From: an uncultured Ignavibacteriaceae bacterium
GTDB lineage: Bacteria; Bacteroidota; Ignavibacteria; UBA10030
Assembly (NCBI GenBank): GCA_964645575.1
Contig: CAZYAM010000001.1
Coordinates: 31,965 to 95,964 of the forward strand
DNA: 64,000 bases
Reading direction: 5' to 3'
The notes under the pieces are model-generated. The model did no database searches. It was not told the origin of the DNA and worked only from the letters and a program-made list of their open reading frames with translations. A program made the position numbers and the translations under genes. Positions 29,413-39,819 of the stretch are shown in pieces; position 1 is the stretch's first letter; each line of letters begins with the position of its first letter.

Positions 29413-30689
29413 GTATCTGGTTAATTATTGCTATAATTATTTTACTGGCGCTTTGCGGCGCTCCGCTTTTTACTATATTCGGTGCATTGGCTTTATATTT
29501 GTTCTATGCTTCCGGTATCGACATGTCGGCGGTCATTATCGAACTTTACCGCCTTACCGATATGCCGCCTTTAGTTGCGATTCCGCTGTTTACTTTTGCA
29601 GGTTATATGCTTGCAGAAAGCAATGCGCCAAAACGTTTGGTTAATCTTGCGCAGGCGTTATTCGGCTGGTTCCCCGGCGGATTGGCTATTGTGGTTCTAG
29701 TAATATGTGCGTTCTTTACTGCGTTTACCGGTGCTTCCGGTGTAACGATTGTTGCACTTGGCGGACTGCTCTTTCCGATGTTGATCAAAGAACATTATCC
29801 GGAAAAGTTTTCACTCGGCCTTGTAACAGCTTCAGGCAGTATTGGTCTATTGTTTCCTCCAAGCTTGCCGATTATTGTGTACGGCATGGTCGCAGAGGTC
29901 AGTATCGATAAATTGTTTATCGCAGGCATAATTCCCGGCATTATTTTGATTTCGATGCTCGGTTTATATAGTGTGCGCAAAGGTATTCAGGAGAAAGTGC
30001 CGCATATTCCGTTTGTCTGGTCGAATGTTGCCAGGGCTCTCAGAGGAGCAGCGTGGGAAATTCCATTGCCGTTCATTATTGTGATTGGTATTTACGGGGG
30101 ATTTGTCACTGCGACGGAAGCATCTGCAGTAACAGCATTCTATGTCTTTATCGTTGAAGTGTTTATCTATCGTGATCTGAAAATATTCAGCGATTTACCG
30201 CGTGTGATGAAGGAATCGATGCTGCTGGTGGGCGCGATTATTTCTATCCTCGGTGTAGCACTCGGACTTACAAATTATCTCATCGATGAACAAGTTCCGC
30301 AACGTTTATTTGAGATAGTGCAAACTCAAATTTCGAGTCCGATAACATTCCTTCTCATTCTCAACGGATTTCTGATTATTGTCGGAATGATGATGGATAT
30401 TTTCTCGGCTACGTTCATTGTAGTTCCACTCATTCTGCCGATTGCGCGAGCGTTTAATATCGATCCAATTCATCTCGGCATTATCTTTCTCACGAATTTA
30501 GAAATCGGTTATATAACACCTCCAGTAGGACTAAACCTATTTCTGTCGAGTTTACGGTTCAAGAAACCTATGCTCCATATCATAAAATCAATTCTTGTTT
30601 TTTTGGCTCTTGAACTAGTTGTGCTGATGGTGATTACCTATTGGCCTGACTTGAGTCTTTGGCTGGTACGCCTGACAGGTACGCAATAG
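29409..30689 (+). CDS. TRAP transporter large permease (DctM family)
   Basis: 426 aa, about 12 TM. DctM-like motifs (FTGASGVTIVALG). Confidence 0.9.
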   Translation: MSIWLIIAIIILLALCGAPLFTIFGALALYLFYASGIDMSAVIIELYRLTDMPPLVAIPLFTFAGYMLAESNAPKRLVNLAQALFGWFPGGLAIVVLVICAFFTAFTGASGVTIVALGGLLFPMLIKEHYPEKFSLGLVTASGSIGLLFPPSLPIIVYGMVAEVSIDKLFIAGIIPGIILISMLGLYSVRKGIQEKVPHIPFVWSNVARALRGAAWEIPLPFIIVIGIYGGFVTATEASAVTAFYVFIVEVFIYRDLKIFSDLPRVMKESMLLVGAIISILGVALGLTNYLIDEQVPQRLFEIVQTQISSPITFLLILNGFLIIVGMMMDIFSATFIVVPLILPIARAFNIDPIHLGIIFLTNLEIGYITPPVGLNLFLSSLRFKKPMLHIIKSILVFLALELVVLMVITYWPDLSLWLVRLTGTQ

Positions 30690-30756
30690 ACAACATATGG
30701 AAAACTGTTGCTCAAAAGAGCAAGGGGGAATGCTTTACACTTTTTCGACAGCTTGA

Positions 30757-31998
30757 TTATTCTAAAGTCCGTAACTTTGGTATAAAAAACCATACAAGGC
30801 AGGCAATAAGGAAAGCCGCGCCGGCGCTTATAAGAACCGCTTCTACTTCCCCGGCATGTTCTGCAATGATTCCAAGAAAAAGAGCACCGAGCGGTATTGA
30901 TCCCATAAAGACCGTGCTGTAAACTCCCATCACGCGGCCGCGAAGGCTGTCGGGCGTGAGAGATTGAATCATAGCATTGGAAAGATTTAAGACAAAAATA
31001 GCGGCAAATCCAATAAACAACATCAGCAGGAGAGAGATTGACAGTATATGAACGAGAGCGAAGATTGAAATGAATACGGGAAGAAACAACGAACCAGATG
31101 AGATGAGTTTTCCGCGAACCGAAACTCGTCCTAGTGAAGCAATAGCTAATGCGCCTATTAGCGATCCGACACCACGTGCAGAAAAAAGCATTCCGTTTGT
31201 TGCTGCATTGCCATGGAGAATATTTACCGACCATGCCGGCATCAGAGTTCCAAGCGCCATCCCGAACAGACATACGGATGCAATTAATACTGTCAAAGTA
31301 AGAATGATTGGTTGTTGGAGGACATAGCTTATTCCTTCCTTTAGTGCCGAGAGTGTCGAACTTCTTTTCGTGGTCTGTATGTCCGGTTTTATGTCCATTG
31401 CCATCAATGCTACGATCACGGCAACGAATGAAATGCCGTTGATAGTAAAACACCAGCCGGGACCAAAAGCTGCATATATGATACCGGCAACGGCAGGACC
31501 GACAACAACGGCAGAATTGAAGATTGTTGCATTAAGGGCAATCGCATTTGACAGGTCTTTGCGATCTACCATTTCAGAGATGAATGCAAGCCGTGTTGGT
31601 GCATCGAACGCATTTGCCAATCCAAGTCCAAATGCGAGCAAGAGGATGTGCCAGGGCTGGACAACTCCGAGAAATGTAAGTATTGCGAGAATCAATGCCA
31701 GCACCATCATTACAGATTGTGTGATGATTAGCAGTTTTCGGCGCAACATTCTATCGGCAACAACTCCGCCATAAATAGTCAGCAGCAACGAAGGAATGCC
31801 TGATGCAAATCCGACGTAACCAAGAAATGCAGATGAGTGCGTCAATTCAAATACTAAGAATCCCTGTGCCGTCATTTGCATCCAAGTACCGAACAACGAC
31901 GTCATCTGTCCCCAGAACCAGAGACGGTAATTTCTGTGTTTCAGGGCTGCAAAAGTCTTCTGCCAGATTGGTTTTTGAAAAGGCGTATCGGCGCTCAT
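30757..31998 (-). CDS. MFS transporter (EntS/MFS_3-like)
   Basis: FAALKHRNYRLWFWGQ N-terminus typical of MFS_3. 12 TM. Confidence 0.8.
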   Translation of the reverse strand: MSADTPFQKPIWQKTFAALKHRNYRLWFWGQMTSLFGTWMQMTAQGFLVFELTHSSAFLGYVGFASGIPSLLLTIYGGVVADRMLRRKLLIITQSVMMVLALILAILTFLGVVQPWHILLLAFGLGLANAFDAPTRLAFISEMVDRKDLSNAIALNATIFNSAVVVGPAVAGIIYAAFGPGWCFTINGISFVAVIVALMAMDIKPDIQTTKRSSTLSALKEGISYVLQQPIILTLTVLIASVCLFGMALGTLMPAWSVNILHGNAATNGMLFSARGVGSLIGALAIASLGRVSVRGKLISSGSLFLPVFISIFALVHILSISLLLMLFIGFAAIFVLNLSNAMIQSLTPDSLRGRVMGVYSTVFMGSIPLGALFLGIIAEHAGEVEAVLISAGAAFLIACLVWFFIPKLRTLE

Positions 31999-32480
31999 TG
32001 CTTCATCAATCGTTTGAGCAATTGAATTTGTCCGGCGTGATATACATCGTGGCAGGCAATTCCAGAAACGATAGAGGCTGCGGCGAATTTACTTCCGGCC
32101 GGTTTTTGAGCTAGATCCGATGGTTTAAGTCGAGCGATTACTTTATACATAGATCGGTGCATTTCATCCAATACTCTCAGATCATTCCGCCATGCTTTCT
32201 CGGTCAGTTCTCCAGGGCGCTTTATCCAATTACTGCCTTTCAGTAGAAAAGATCCTTTCTTTTCTCCTGATAAACTTCTGCATACAATATATTTCCAGTA
32301 TGCGCAATGGATTACTATTTCCCAAATATTGTGCCGTGTCGATTTAGGACGCCATGCTGCTTGTTGTGACGACAGACCGCGAATTGATCCATGCAGATTT
32401 GTTCCATGCCAGGCTTTGCTTTTGTAAGCTTCATCGATAAGATCGAGGAGCAAATGTATTTGAGTGTCTGTTTTTTTCAT
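31995..32480 (-). CDS. DinB-family protein (start uncertain; ORF is open to 32513)
   Basis: DinB four-helix pattern with His residues (WHGTNL, IVIHCAYW, HDVYHAGQI). Confidence 0.7.
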   Translation of the reverse strand: MKKTDTQIHLLLDLIDEAYKSKAWHGTNLHGSIRGLSSQQAAWRPKSTRHNIWEIVIHCAYWKYIVCRSLSGEKKGSFLLKGSNWIKRPGELTEKAWRNDLRVLDEMHRSMYKVIARLKPSDLAQKPAGSKFAAASIVSGIACHDVYHAGQIQLLKRLMKQ

Positions 32481-32594
32481 ATAAATATAACATACGAACC
32501 AAAACGTAATCAATCAAGATTGTACGTGTCATTTGAAAAAGGATTTAGTATTTTATAGCACTTCATAAAAATATTCTGTAAAGAAGATACGTCT

Positions 32595-33710
32595 ATGGCA
32601 GATTTTGAAATTGCAGTAATCGGTGCGGGTGTTGTAGGGCTTGCCATCGCGGCACGGCTTTCTGAAGAACATCCAAATCTTGTCGTTCTTGAGAAGAATG
32701 AAAAATACGGGATGGAAACATCAAGCCGTAACAGTGAGGTAGTCCATGCGGGAATTTACTATGAACCAGGCTCTCTTAAGGCACGTTTGTGTGTAGAAGG
32801 AAGAGATGAGTTGTACGCATTATGCAAAGCACATGATATTATTTACAAGCCGATGACTAAATTGATCACTGCGACTACACAAGCGGAACTGGCGAAACTC
32901 GAGGATATCAGGCAAAATGCAGTAAAGAACGGCGTGGAACTTCAACTCCTCGATAAATCCGCTACATTAAAACTGGAACCTAATATACGGACAGAGGGAT
33001 CGTTATTCTCTCAGTTAACCGGCGTTATCAGCGTTCATGATCTTATGTATTTCTTTTTCAAAACAATTCAATTAAATGGTGGATTTGTCCAGCATCGATG
33101 TCAAGTAACGGATATTCAGCATGTTAACGGTGAATACAAGTTAAACATAGACGATGCCGGAAATCAATCCAGCGTAAGCAGTGAGATCGTTATCAATGCG
33201 GCAGGTCTGGGTTCCGATATTATTGCGCAGAAGATCGGCATCGATATTGATAAGGAGAACTTACGTCTCAGTTATGTCAAGGGGTCGTATTTTGCCGTCA
33301 TACCTTCGAAAGCAAATCTTGTAACCCGGCTTGTCTACCCGGTTCCAGCAAATGAAGGACTCGGTGTTCATGCACTGATTGATTGGGGCGGACGATTAAA
33401 ATTCGGGCCGGATGTGGAGTATCTCGAAGACTGTCTGCTCGATTACACGGTGGCAGAAGGGAAGCAGCATGGATTTGCAGAATCTATACGACGTATTTTA
33501 CCGCAAATCAATGATGAAGATATTTCGCCGGATATGAGCGGTATTCGTCCGAAACTTCAAAAAAAGGGAGAACCTCACCGCGACTTTGTTATTGTTCACG
33601 AAAAAAATCGCGGCTTATTCGGATTTATCAATTTGATTGGAATTGAATCGCCGGGATTGACTGCTTCTCCGGCAATAGCCCGGTACGTGGAAAATCTTTT
33701 GTTTAATTAG
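32595..33710 (+). CDS. FAD-dependent oxidoreductase (L-2-hydroxyglutarate oxidase LhgO-like)
   Basis: Dinucleotide fold VIGAGVVGLAIA...VLEK. DAO-family length and pattern. Confidence 0.7.
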   Translation: MADFEIAVIGAGVVGLAIAARLSEEHPNLVVLEKNEKYGMETSSRNSEVVHAGIYYEPGSLKARLCVEGRDELYALCKAHDIIYKPMTKLITATTQAELAKLEDIRQNAVKNGVELQLLDKSATLKLEPNIRTEGSLFSQLTGVISVHDLMYFFFKTIQLNGGFVQHRCQVTDIQHVNGEYKLNIDDAGNQSSVSSEIVINAAGLGSDIIAQKIGIDIDKENLRLSYVKGSYFAVIPSKANLVTRLVYPVPANEGLGVHALIDWGGRLKFGPDVEYLEDCLLDYTVAEGKQHGFAESIRRILPQINDEDISPDMSGIRPKLQKKGEPHRDFVIVHEKNRGLFGFINLIGIESPGLTASPAIARYVENLLFN

Positions 33711-33724
33711 AAAATATAACGGCA

Positions 33725-34549
33725 ATGAAACCATACGGAATAATTTTTATCTTCGCACTATCGATTATAATGCTTGTACCGCCATTAGTATTATTACATG
33801 ATTATCCTCAACAAACAAACACATTCTTCTATACTGAGGGTGAGGAATTATTGTATGAAGTCAGTTGGTCCGGAATCAGGATCGGAACCATTCAATTGAA
33901 AACACTGCCTGTATTAGAGTTAACAGAAACAAGGAAACATAGGGCTGTGGCATATATTAATTCTCGTTCAGGCCTGCCCTTTGTGGATGTTCATTTGGTT
34001 GCATATACAGAAATGGATTCCACTTTTAATTCACTCGGTTCTTATTCCTATGAGAAACAGGATGAAGGATGGCAGAAGATACAGTATCGTTATAATTTAT
34101 TGGAAAAGAAGATCATTATCGAAGAATCGTCTCAAGAGACTTTAGAGTCTTCTCCTCGGCATTTTGCGGTTTATGATACTCTTCAAATCACAAGAATTCC
34201 CATTCAAGACGGTATATCGCTTGTTTTCTTAGGACGGTATCTATCACAAGTCCAAGATTCAATTTCATATCCGACTGTTGCGAATGAAAAAATAGGAGAA
34301 ACGATGTTCCATCCTTTCCGCCTTCGTTCAAAAGTGAGTATCAAAGCATGGGAAAAACCTATCAATGTTGTGGAGTTGTCCGGTAAAATGAAACTTGAAG
34401 GAATATTCGGTCTTACAGGCGATTTTAAGGGGTGGTTCAGCAATGATGCTGCAGCGATTCCGATAACTGCCGAAATGAAAGTTATTCTCGGAAGCGTTAA
34501 AATTGAATTAAAGCAATGGAACCGTAAAGGCTGGGAGCCTCCGGAATAA
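33725..34549 (+). CDS. DUF3108-like protein
   Basis: Signal/TM segment plus EELLYEVSWSGIRIGTIQL, typical of DUF3108. Confidence 0.6.
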   Translation: MKPYGIIFIFALSIIMLVPPLVLLHDYPQQTNTFFYTEGEELLYEVSWSGIRIGTIQLKTLPVLELTETRKHRAVAYINSRSGLPFVDVHLVAYTEMDSTFNSLGSYSYEKQDEGWQKIQYRYNLLEKKIIIEESSQETLESSPRHFAVYDTLQITRIPIQDGISLVFLGRYLSQVQDSISYPTVANEKIGETMFHPFRLRSKVSIKAWEKPINVVELSGKMKLEGIFGLTGDFKGWFSNDAAAIPITAEMKVILGSVKIELKQWNRKGWEPPE

Positions 34550-34635
34550 TATGGAATAGGGGAAACTCTTCCGATAAATTATCCATTATTGCCGGATATA
34601 TAGAAAGTATCGTATATGAGTAAACAATATTGATA

Positions 34636-34663
34636 AATAAAAATCCCCTCTAAAGGAGGGGAT
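34636..34663 (-). terminator. rho-independent terminator of the pfp gene
   Basis: Stem atcccctc/gaggggat with a 5-nt loop. The A-run on the + strand is a U-run on the - strand. Confidence 0.6.
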
Positions 34664-34691
34664 CGTAATAATACGCATTTGCTATATCAAT

Positions 34692-36338
34692 TCAGCTTTT
34701 TTCTAATTGTAAAGTTTTTGTCGTTGCATCGCATACTTCGGTAGGACCAAAGTACTGTATCGGCCCGGGGAAAACATAAGAAGTCTTGACAGACCATTCC
34801 CCTCTGTTTTTTGTAAATTCTTTAAATGGCTTGCCGTCTAATTTCACCAATGCTTTTTGGATGACAGGTTTCATGTGGCCATTTCTTTTTTCGACATTCA
34901 TCATCATGGTTATTGGTGCACCTCCTGCGATCCATTTCTCGGCAGGAGCAGTAAGATTTCGGACTGATGCCATATAACCGGTTTTTCCTGATCCGATGAT
35001 CACGGCAGATACGTAACCCAGTGAATATGTATAATCCGCATCAAAATTAGAAGGTGCTCCACAGCGGCCTTCATATCCGAAGAAATTTGCCAGTGCTGTA
35101 AATTTACCTCCAAATTTACCTTCTGCTTTCCACTCTTTAAGTTTATCGGAGACCATATCGATCAGTAATTTTTCGGTCTCGATACGTGAAACCTGTACAT
35201 TCCCGTGCGGATCACGGTCCATTAAGAGTTGTATTTGAATTTCTTTTGGCAGCGAGTTAAAAGCTTTTGTTGAGTCGGCGTCTATATGACTGTTCACGAA
35301 TTGGAATTTCTCATCGTCTGTTTCCAGTCCGTTAAAAAACTCAGCTTTCTGGGCTAACAGGTCATTTATTTCAGAAATCAGCTTCTTCATTTCAGGAACA
35401 AATTCAATGAGGCCCTCCGGTATTAAGCAAACTCCGAAGTTTTCACCGTTATCGGAGCGCGCTTTAATGACCCGCGCAATATCTTCTACAATTTGATCCA
35501 TGGTTAATTTTTTTTCCAGGACCTCTTCGGAAATAACAGCATAATTCGGGCGGGTTTGAAGAACGCATTCAAGAGCTATGTGTGAAGCAGAACGTCCCAT
35601 CAATTTTATAAAATGCCAATATTTCTTGGAAGATAGTGCATCACGCGCGATATTCCCGATAAGCTCAGAATACACCTTACAGGCTGTATCAAATCCAAAA
35701 GATGCTTCTATCATTTCATTCTTTAAATCTCCGTCGATTGTTTTAGGGCAGCCTACAACCTGTACGTTTGCATTAATGGATTTATAATATTCGGCGAGCA
35801 CGCAGGCGTTTGTATTTGAATCGTCTCCGCCGACGATCACAAGTGCATTGATCCCGAGCTTTCTACAATTTTCAAGGCCCTTGTCAAATTGCCATTGTTC
35901 CTCTAATTTTGTCCGGCCGCTGCCGATTATATCAAATCCTCCTGTATTTCTGTATTCTTCAACAATTTGAGCTGTAAGTTCAATATATTTCCCGTCTACT
36001 AAACCTGAAGGTCCGCACGTGAAACCGAATAATTTACTGCTGCTATTTAATGCATTTAAACCGTCAAAAAGTCCTGCAATAACATTATGTCCACCGGGAG
36101 CCTGGCCTCCGGAAAGGATAACTCCGACATTGATGGAAGCGGATTTCATAGGTTTTGAACCGGATTCTATATTGAGAATTGGCAGTCCATATGTATGTGG
36201 AAATATCTTGCTGATTTCTTCTTGATGCGCGATAGAATGAGTTGCAGCACCTTCTTTTACTGTTATATTGCCGGTCAAATCGGCAGGTAATTTTGGTTTA
36301 TATTCTGCCCTTGCTATCTGCAAAGGACTTTTTGTCAT
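34692..36338 (-). CDS. pfp: diphosphate--fructose-6-phosphate 1-phosphotransferase (long PPi-PFK)
   Basis: About 548 aa. VGGDDSNT and PKTIDGD carry the Asp/Lys signature of PPi-dependent PFKs. Start at MTKSPLQIARAEYKPKLP. Confidence 0.9.
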   Translation of the reverse strand: MTKSPLQIARAEYKPKLPADLTGNITVKEGAATHSIAHQEEISKIFPHTYGLPILNIESGSKPMKSASINVGVILSGGQAPGGHNVIAGLFDGLNALNSSSKLFGFTCGPSGLVDGKYIELTAQIVEEYRNTGGFDIIGSGRTKLEEQWQFDKGLENCRKLGINALVIVGGDDSNTNACVLAEYYKSINANVQVVGCPKTIDGDLKNEMIEASFGFDTACKVYSELIGNIARDALSSKKYWHFIKLMGRSASHIALECVLQTRPNYAVISEEVLEKKLTMDQIVEDIARVIKARSDNGENFGVCLIPEGLIEFVPEMKKLISEINDLLAQKAEFFNGLETDDEKFQFVNSHIDADSTKAFNSLPKEIQIQLLMDRDPHGNVQVSRIETEKLLIDMVSDKLKEWKAEGKFGGKFTALANFFGYEGRCGAPSNFDADYTYSLGYVSAVIIGSGKTGYMASVRNLTAPAEKWIAGGAPITMMMNVEKRNGHMKPVIQKALVKLDGKPFKEFTKNRGEWSVKTSYVFPGPIQYFGPTEVCDATTKTLQLEKS

Positions 36339-36569
36339 ATAATCGGATCTCATAATTTTTACTGTGATAAATGATATTTTAATGAATGAATTGTTATAAA
36401 TCGGTTTTATAAATAGTTACCTACCATATCTAATTAAATCAAAAATTGGTTAAAAATCTATAAAAAAATTACGCGGGTATTTTGCAGGTAAGAGAATAGT
36501 ACTCGGACTGATTATCTCGCACTGTTTGCAGAATCTTCGTTGTTATTTAATTCAATATTGCGTCGACTC

Positions 36570-37181
36570 TTACAGAATTTTGTCAATATACCGGATACAG
36601 ATTTTCGACCAATTCTCAAACGTTTCTATATTCTTCTGGAGTTCTTCTGCGTCTGCGAATTTTGTTTCATTAATAGATTTCTCTTTTGGCTGAACGAAAG
36701 GTTTTTCTAATGTTAATACATGGACAATGCCTAGGTGAACTTTCCCGACATCATTAGAATCATCATTGAGCAAAGCAACAATTCGTTGTTTATAACCGGA
36801 TTCAATATGGACCTCTTCATTGATTTCTCGTTTAAGGCCATCCTCGTATGTAGTCCCGAATAATCCGGGGTCTGTGACAGAAATATGGCCGCCTACGCCT
36901 AACGAGAAGCTGCCATGAAGCCTTTTTTCTGCCAGTAATTTCCCGCGGCGATAGATAAATACTTTATTCCCATAATGCAATATAGCATAAGGGATTAGTT
37001 GTTTATAATCAGGATTGGATTCTGCTTCTTTTCTTTTGATATATATATGGTTTTTAGGATTATGGATTATATCCGAATATTTGTCCAATTCAAATGAGAG
37101 TCCCTGAAATTTTCCAATTTGATCAAGTAACTGAGTTTGGAATACAAGAACATGTTCTTCTAAATACTTTTCGTCAGGCAA
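36570..37181 (-). CDS. NUDIX hydrolase family protein
   Basis: Nudix box G(x5)E(x7)REINEEVHI (GVGGHIS...EDGLKREINEEV). Confidence 0.7.
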   Translation of the reverse strand: MPDEKYLEEHVLVFQTQLLDQIGKFQGLSFELDKYSDIIHNPKNHIYIKRKEAESNPDYKQLIPYAILHYGNKVFIYRRGKLLAEKRLHGSFSLGVGGHISVTDPGLFGTTYEDGLKREINEEVHIESGYKQRIVALLNDDSNDVGKVHLGIVHVLTLEKPFVQPKEKSINETKFADAEELQKNIETFENWSKICIRYIDKIL

Positions 37182-37248
37182 TGTGTATCCTTTCTTAGAA
37201 TTCTTTTAATAAAAATAATAGTAAACTTCTTTGATGACTAACAATAAC

Positions 37249-37602
37249 CTAAGGTACATTTAGAAATATTTTAAGAGAGTCTTCCTTGCCTTTATTATTC
37301 TTTAATGTATCGCTTATCATATTAGTAATTGTATCCCTTGCTTTTTTAAATACTTCTTTGCTTTGGTACCATTGACTAATAAGAATTCCAATAATTAGTA
37401 GTATTAACATTAAAAGAATCCACTTTTTATGGGATTCCTTTAAAACTCCGATTATGAATAAAAGCATAATCAAAATAATTAAGACAAATATCCATCGGAG
37501 TTGTATGTCAGTGCAACAAGGAATACTAGCGATTATTCCAATAACTATTATTATAGGAATGAAAACTAGTTTTATTCTCTTACTTATATAATCCTTTGTC
37601 AA
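37249..37602 (-). CDS. hypothetical small membrane protein (3-4 TM)
   Basis: Very AT-rich and Ile/Leu-rich ORF. No family recognised. Confidence 0.4.
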   Translation of the reverse strand: MTKDYISKRIKLVFIPIIIVIGIIASIPCCTDIQLRWIFVLIILIMLLFIIGVLKESHKKWILLMLILLIIGILISQWYQSKEVFKKARDTITNMISDTLKNNKGKEDSLKIFLNVP

Positions 37603-37665
37603 CCATTTTTTATAGATTTCGATTAAACTTGTAATGAGTAAAAAAAGGAGAGAAATCCATAATAA

Positions 37666-37974
37666 TCACCCAAACGCCATTCTACTATACTCGAGGTTTC
37701 TTTCTTCTATTAGTAATGGATTAGTGTTTTGAATTATTATTTCCTTCTCTAATGGAATTGATGTTTCCGAAAATAATACATGTATAAATCCATCTACTGA
37801 AGCTCCTATAATAAAAGAAACGATTATTATTATTGGTAAGGCAAGGAGATTATTATCTTTGATAAATTTGCAGATCTTTATTCTCAATTCGTTGTCTAAT
37901 AATAAAAGAATTGCTGATAATAAAAATAAACTACCCGGGATTATATAAACATACCAATCTAAAGGGAGTTGCAT
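37666..37974 (-). CDS. hypothetical small membrane protein (2 TM)
   Basis: AT-rich ORF with two hydrophobic segments. No family recognised. Confidence 0.4.
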   Translation of the reverse strand: MQLPLDWYVYIIPGSLFLLSAILLLLDNELRIKICKFIKDNNLLALPIIIIVSFIIGASVDGFIHVLFSETSIPLEKEIIIQNTNPLLIEERNLEYSRMAFG

Positions 37975-38007
37975 AATTATACTCCTTATGCTAATAATCT
38001 TTTATCA

Positions 38008-38130
38008 GTCATTGCGAGGCGCTTTATGCCGAAGCCTGCCTCGCCGGCAAGGCAGGCAATCTCGCTTTATATCTCGAGTCTCAGGATGAGATTGCTTTGT
38101 TCGTCCGTTCCGGACTTCATCCGCAATGAC
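38008..38130. repeat. 123-nt compound palindromic element (MITE/REP-like)
   Basis: Termini gtcattgcg (38008-16) / cgcaatgac (38122-30). Internal stems gcctgcct 38034-41 / aggcaggc 38050-57 and gcaatctc 38056-63 / gagattgc 38088-95. Confidence 0.65.
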
Positions 38131-38384
38131 ATTATAATGCAAATCTTTTCTTCGCCTCTTCCAGCATATTAATCGTTGCAACAGCGCCGATGCGTGTTGA
38201 TCAAACCAAATTGAATCAAATGGTGGCAACAATGTTTATAATTTGCTCTTTCCCATTCATCATTTCCTATAGGACCGAAAATTGGGTGTATGTAAACTGC
38301 ATCAGGATTTGCCTGAGATAGTATTAATAGTCCGGGGCAGGATTTCAGTAAAAAATTTATTCCTGAGCATTTCATTATTGACAT
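38131..38384 (-). pseudogene. GIY-YIG (COG2827-like) nuclease gene remnant, frameshifted and running into the palindromic element
   Basis: Frame a reads ...AVYIHPIFGPIGNDEWERANYKH. Frame b reads FDQHASALLQRLICWKRRRKDLH, which resembles lYiG.TnDl.rR..eH ... A..rE..iK.W.R.kK..L. Confidence 0.4.
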
Positions 38385-38451
38385 CGAACGGTATTTCGTC
38401 CATTTCGGAATCGCCTGTTTTATTCCTTAGATATTCTCTTAATTAATATAT

Positions 38452-38482
38452 AAAAAATCCCCTCGTAATGGAGGGGATTTTT
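38452..38482. terminator. bidirectional rho-independent terminator downstream of the second PFK
   Basis: aaaaaatcccctc-gtaatg-gaggggattttt: a perfect 10-bp stem flanked by A- and T-runs. Confidence 0.65.
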
Positions 38483-38505
38483 ATAATAAAGTTATAAAAC
38501 CTGGC

Positions 38506-39663
38506 TTAGTACAAAAACATCGGTTTGCCGAGCAGGTGCGCAACCTTTGGCCGGTATTTTTCAACATCATATAATTCGTCCACATCAACACATTTTTTAC
38601 CTTCGGTAATCATACTGGCTGAAATGGTTGTGTACTTACCGTCGCGTAATGCAACCATTCGTCCGGATTTCTTTTGTATTAACAAGTCAGCAGCAAGATA
38701 TCCGTAGGTTGTAGCGACCATGCGATCGAGAGCATCGGGTGCACCGCCGCGCATTAGATATCCAAGTTGTTGGACCATTACACCGACTCCGGAGCGTTTT
38801 TCAATTTCACTTCCGATATATTGTCCGATACCTCCGAGTTTTTTATGACCGTATGCATCAGCTTCACCGGTAAGGGACATTTCTCCGCCTAAAGGTTTTG
38901 CTCCTTCTGAAATGGTCATGATTGCGTAGTTACTCGGATTTTCTTTACGGTCTTTAACAAGAAATCTGATAAGTTTATCGATATCGAATTCCACTTCCGA
39001 AATTATTGCCCGATCGACACCGGCGAGGTACGCTGAGATAAGCGAGGTTTCTCCGGAATAGCGTCCGAACAATTCTATAACGCCGATTCTTTCATGGGAA
39101 CCGGCCGGTGTCCGCATAGAATTGATGAATTCCACACTCCGTGTGACTGCCGTAGAAAAACCAATACAGTAGTCAGTTCCGTACACATCGTTATCCATTG
39201 TTTTTGGGATACAGACTACAGGTACACCTTCCTTATGAAGACGTACTGCATAGCTTAGCGTGTCATCTCCACCGATAGCGATAAGTCCGTCCAGATGAAG
39301 ATGTTCGATTGCACGAAGCGTGTGAACAGTACAATCGGCAGGTTCAGTGCCGTCTTTGTGTTCGAATTTACCTTTTAAAAATACCGGCATATCCTTTGGG
39401 CGTACCTTACCGGGATTCGTGCGTGATGTATGCAGAAATGTTCCACCGGTACGATCGATTGTCCTTACAGTAGTTTTTGTCAACGGAAGAATAATTTCTT
39501 CATGAGTTTTTTTATCATCCGGATTATAATTGAGCAGGCCGCTCCAACCTCGTTTTATTCCTATTATTTCATAACCTTCGTCGAGGATTCTCGTTGAAGC
39601 GGCTTTCATACACGCATTCAATCCGGGTACGTCTCCTCCTCCAGTTAAAATGCCTATACGCAT
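38506..39663 (-). CDS. 6-phosphofructokinase, short form with PPi-type signature residues
   Basis: [23 protein letters not shown] and PKTMDND (Asp and Lys at the positions that discriminate PPi from ATP use). Confidence 0.85.
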   Translation of the reverse strand: MRIGILTGGGDVPGLNACMKAASTRILDEGYEIIGIKRGWSGLLNYNPDDKKTHEEIILPLTKTTVRTIDRTGGTFLHTSRTNPGKVRPKDMPVFLKGKFEHKDGTEPADCTVHTLRAIEHLHLDGLIAIGGDDTLSYAVRLHKEGVPVVCIPKTMDNDVYGTDYCIGFSTAVTRSVEFINSMRTPAGSHERIGVIELFGRYSGETSLISAYLAGVDRAIISEVEFDIDKLIRFLVKDRKENPSNYAIMTISEGAKPLGGEMSLTGEADAYGHKKLGGIGQYIGSEIEKRSGVGVMVQQLGYLMRGGAPDALDRMVATTYGYLAADLLIQKKSGRMVALRDGKYTTISASMITEGKKCVDVDELYDVEKYRPKVAHLLGKPMFLY

Positions 39664-39819
39664 TGTCTATCATCCTTTCGTGAGAGGGACAAAATGATTC
39701 CGTTAATCCTGAATATACTCGTTATAATTATATCAACAAAAAAACACAATTTCCAGACAGGCGGAGAGACACACCAATAAGGGAAAAATAATCTTCGAAC
39801 GATCTTTTCTAAATACGAT

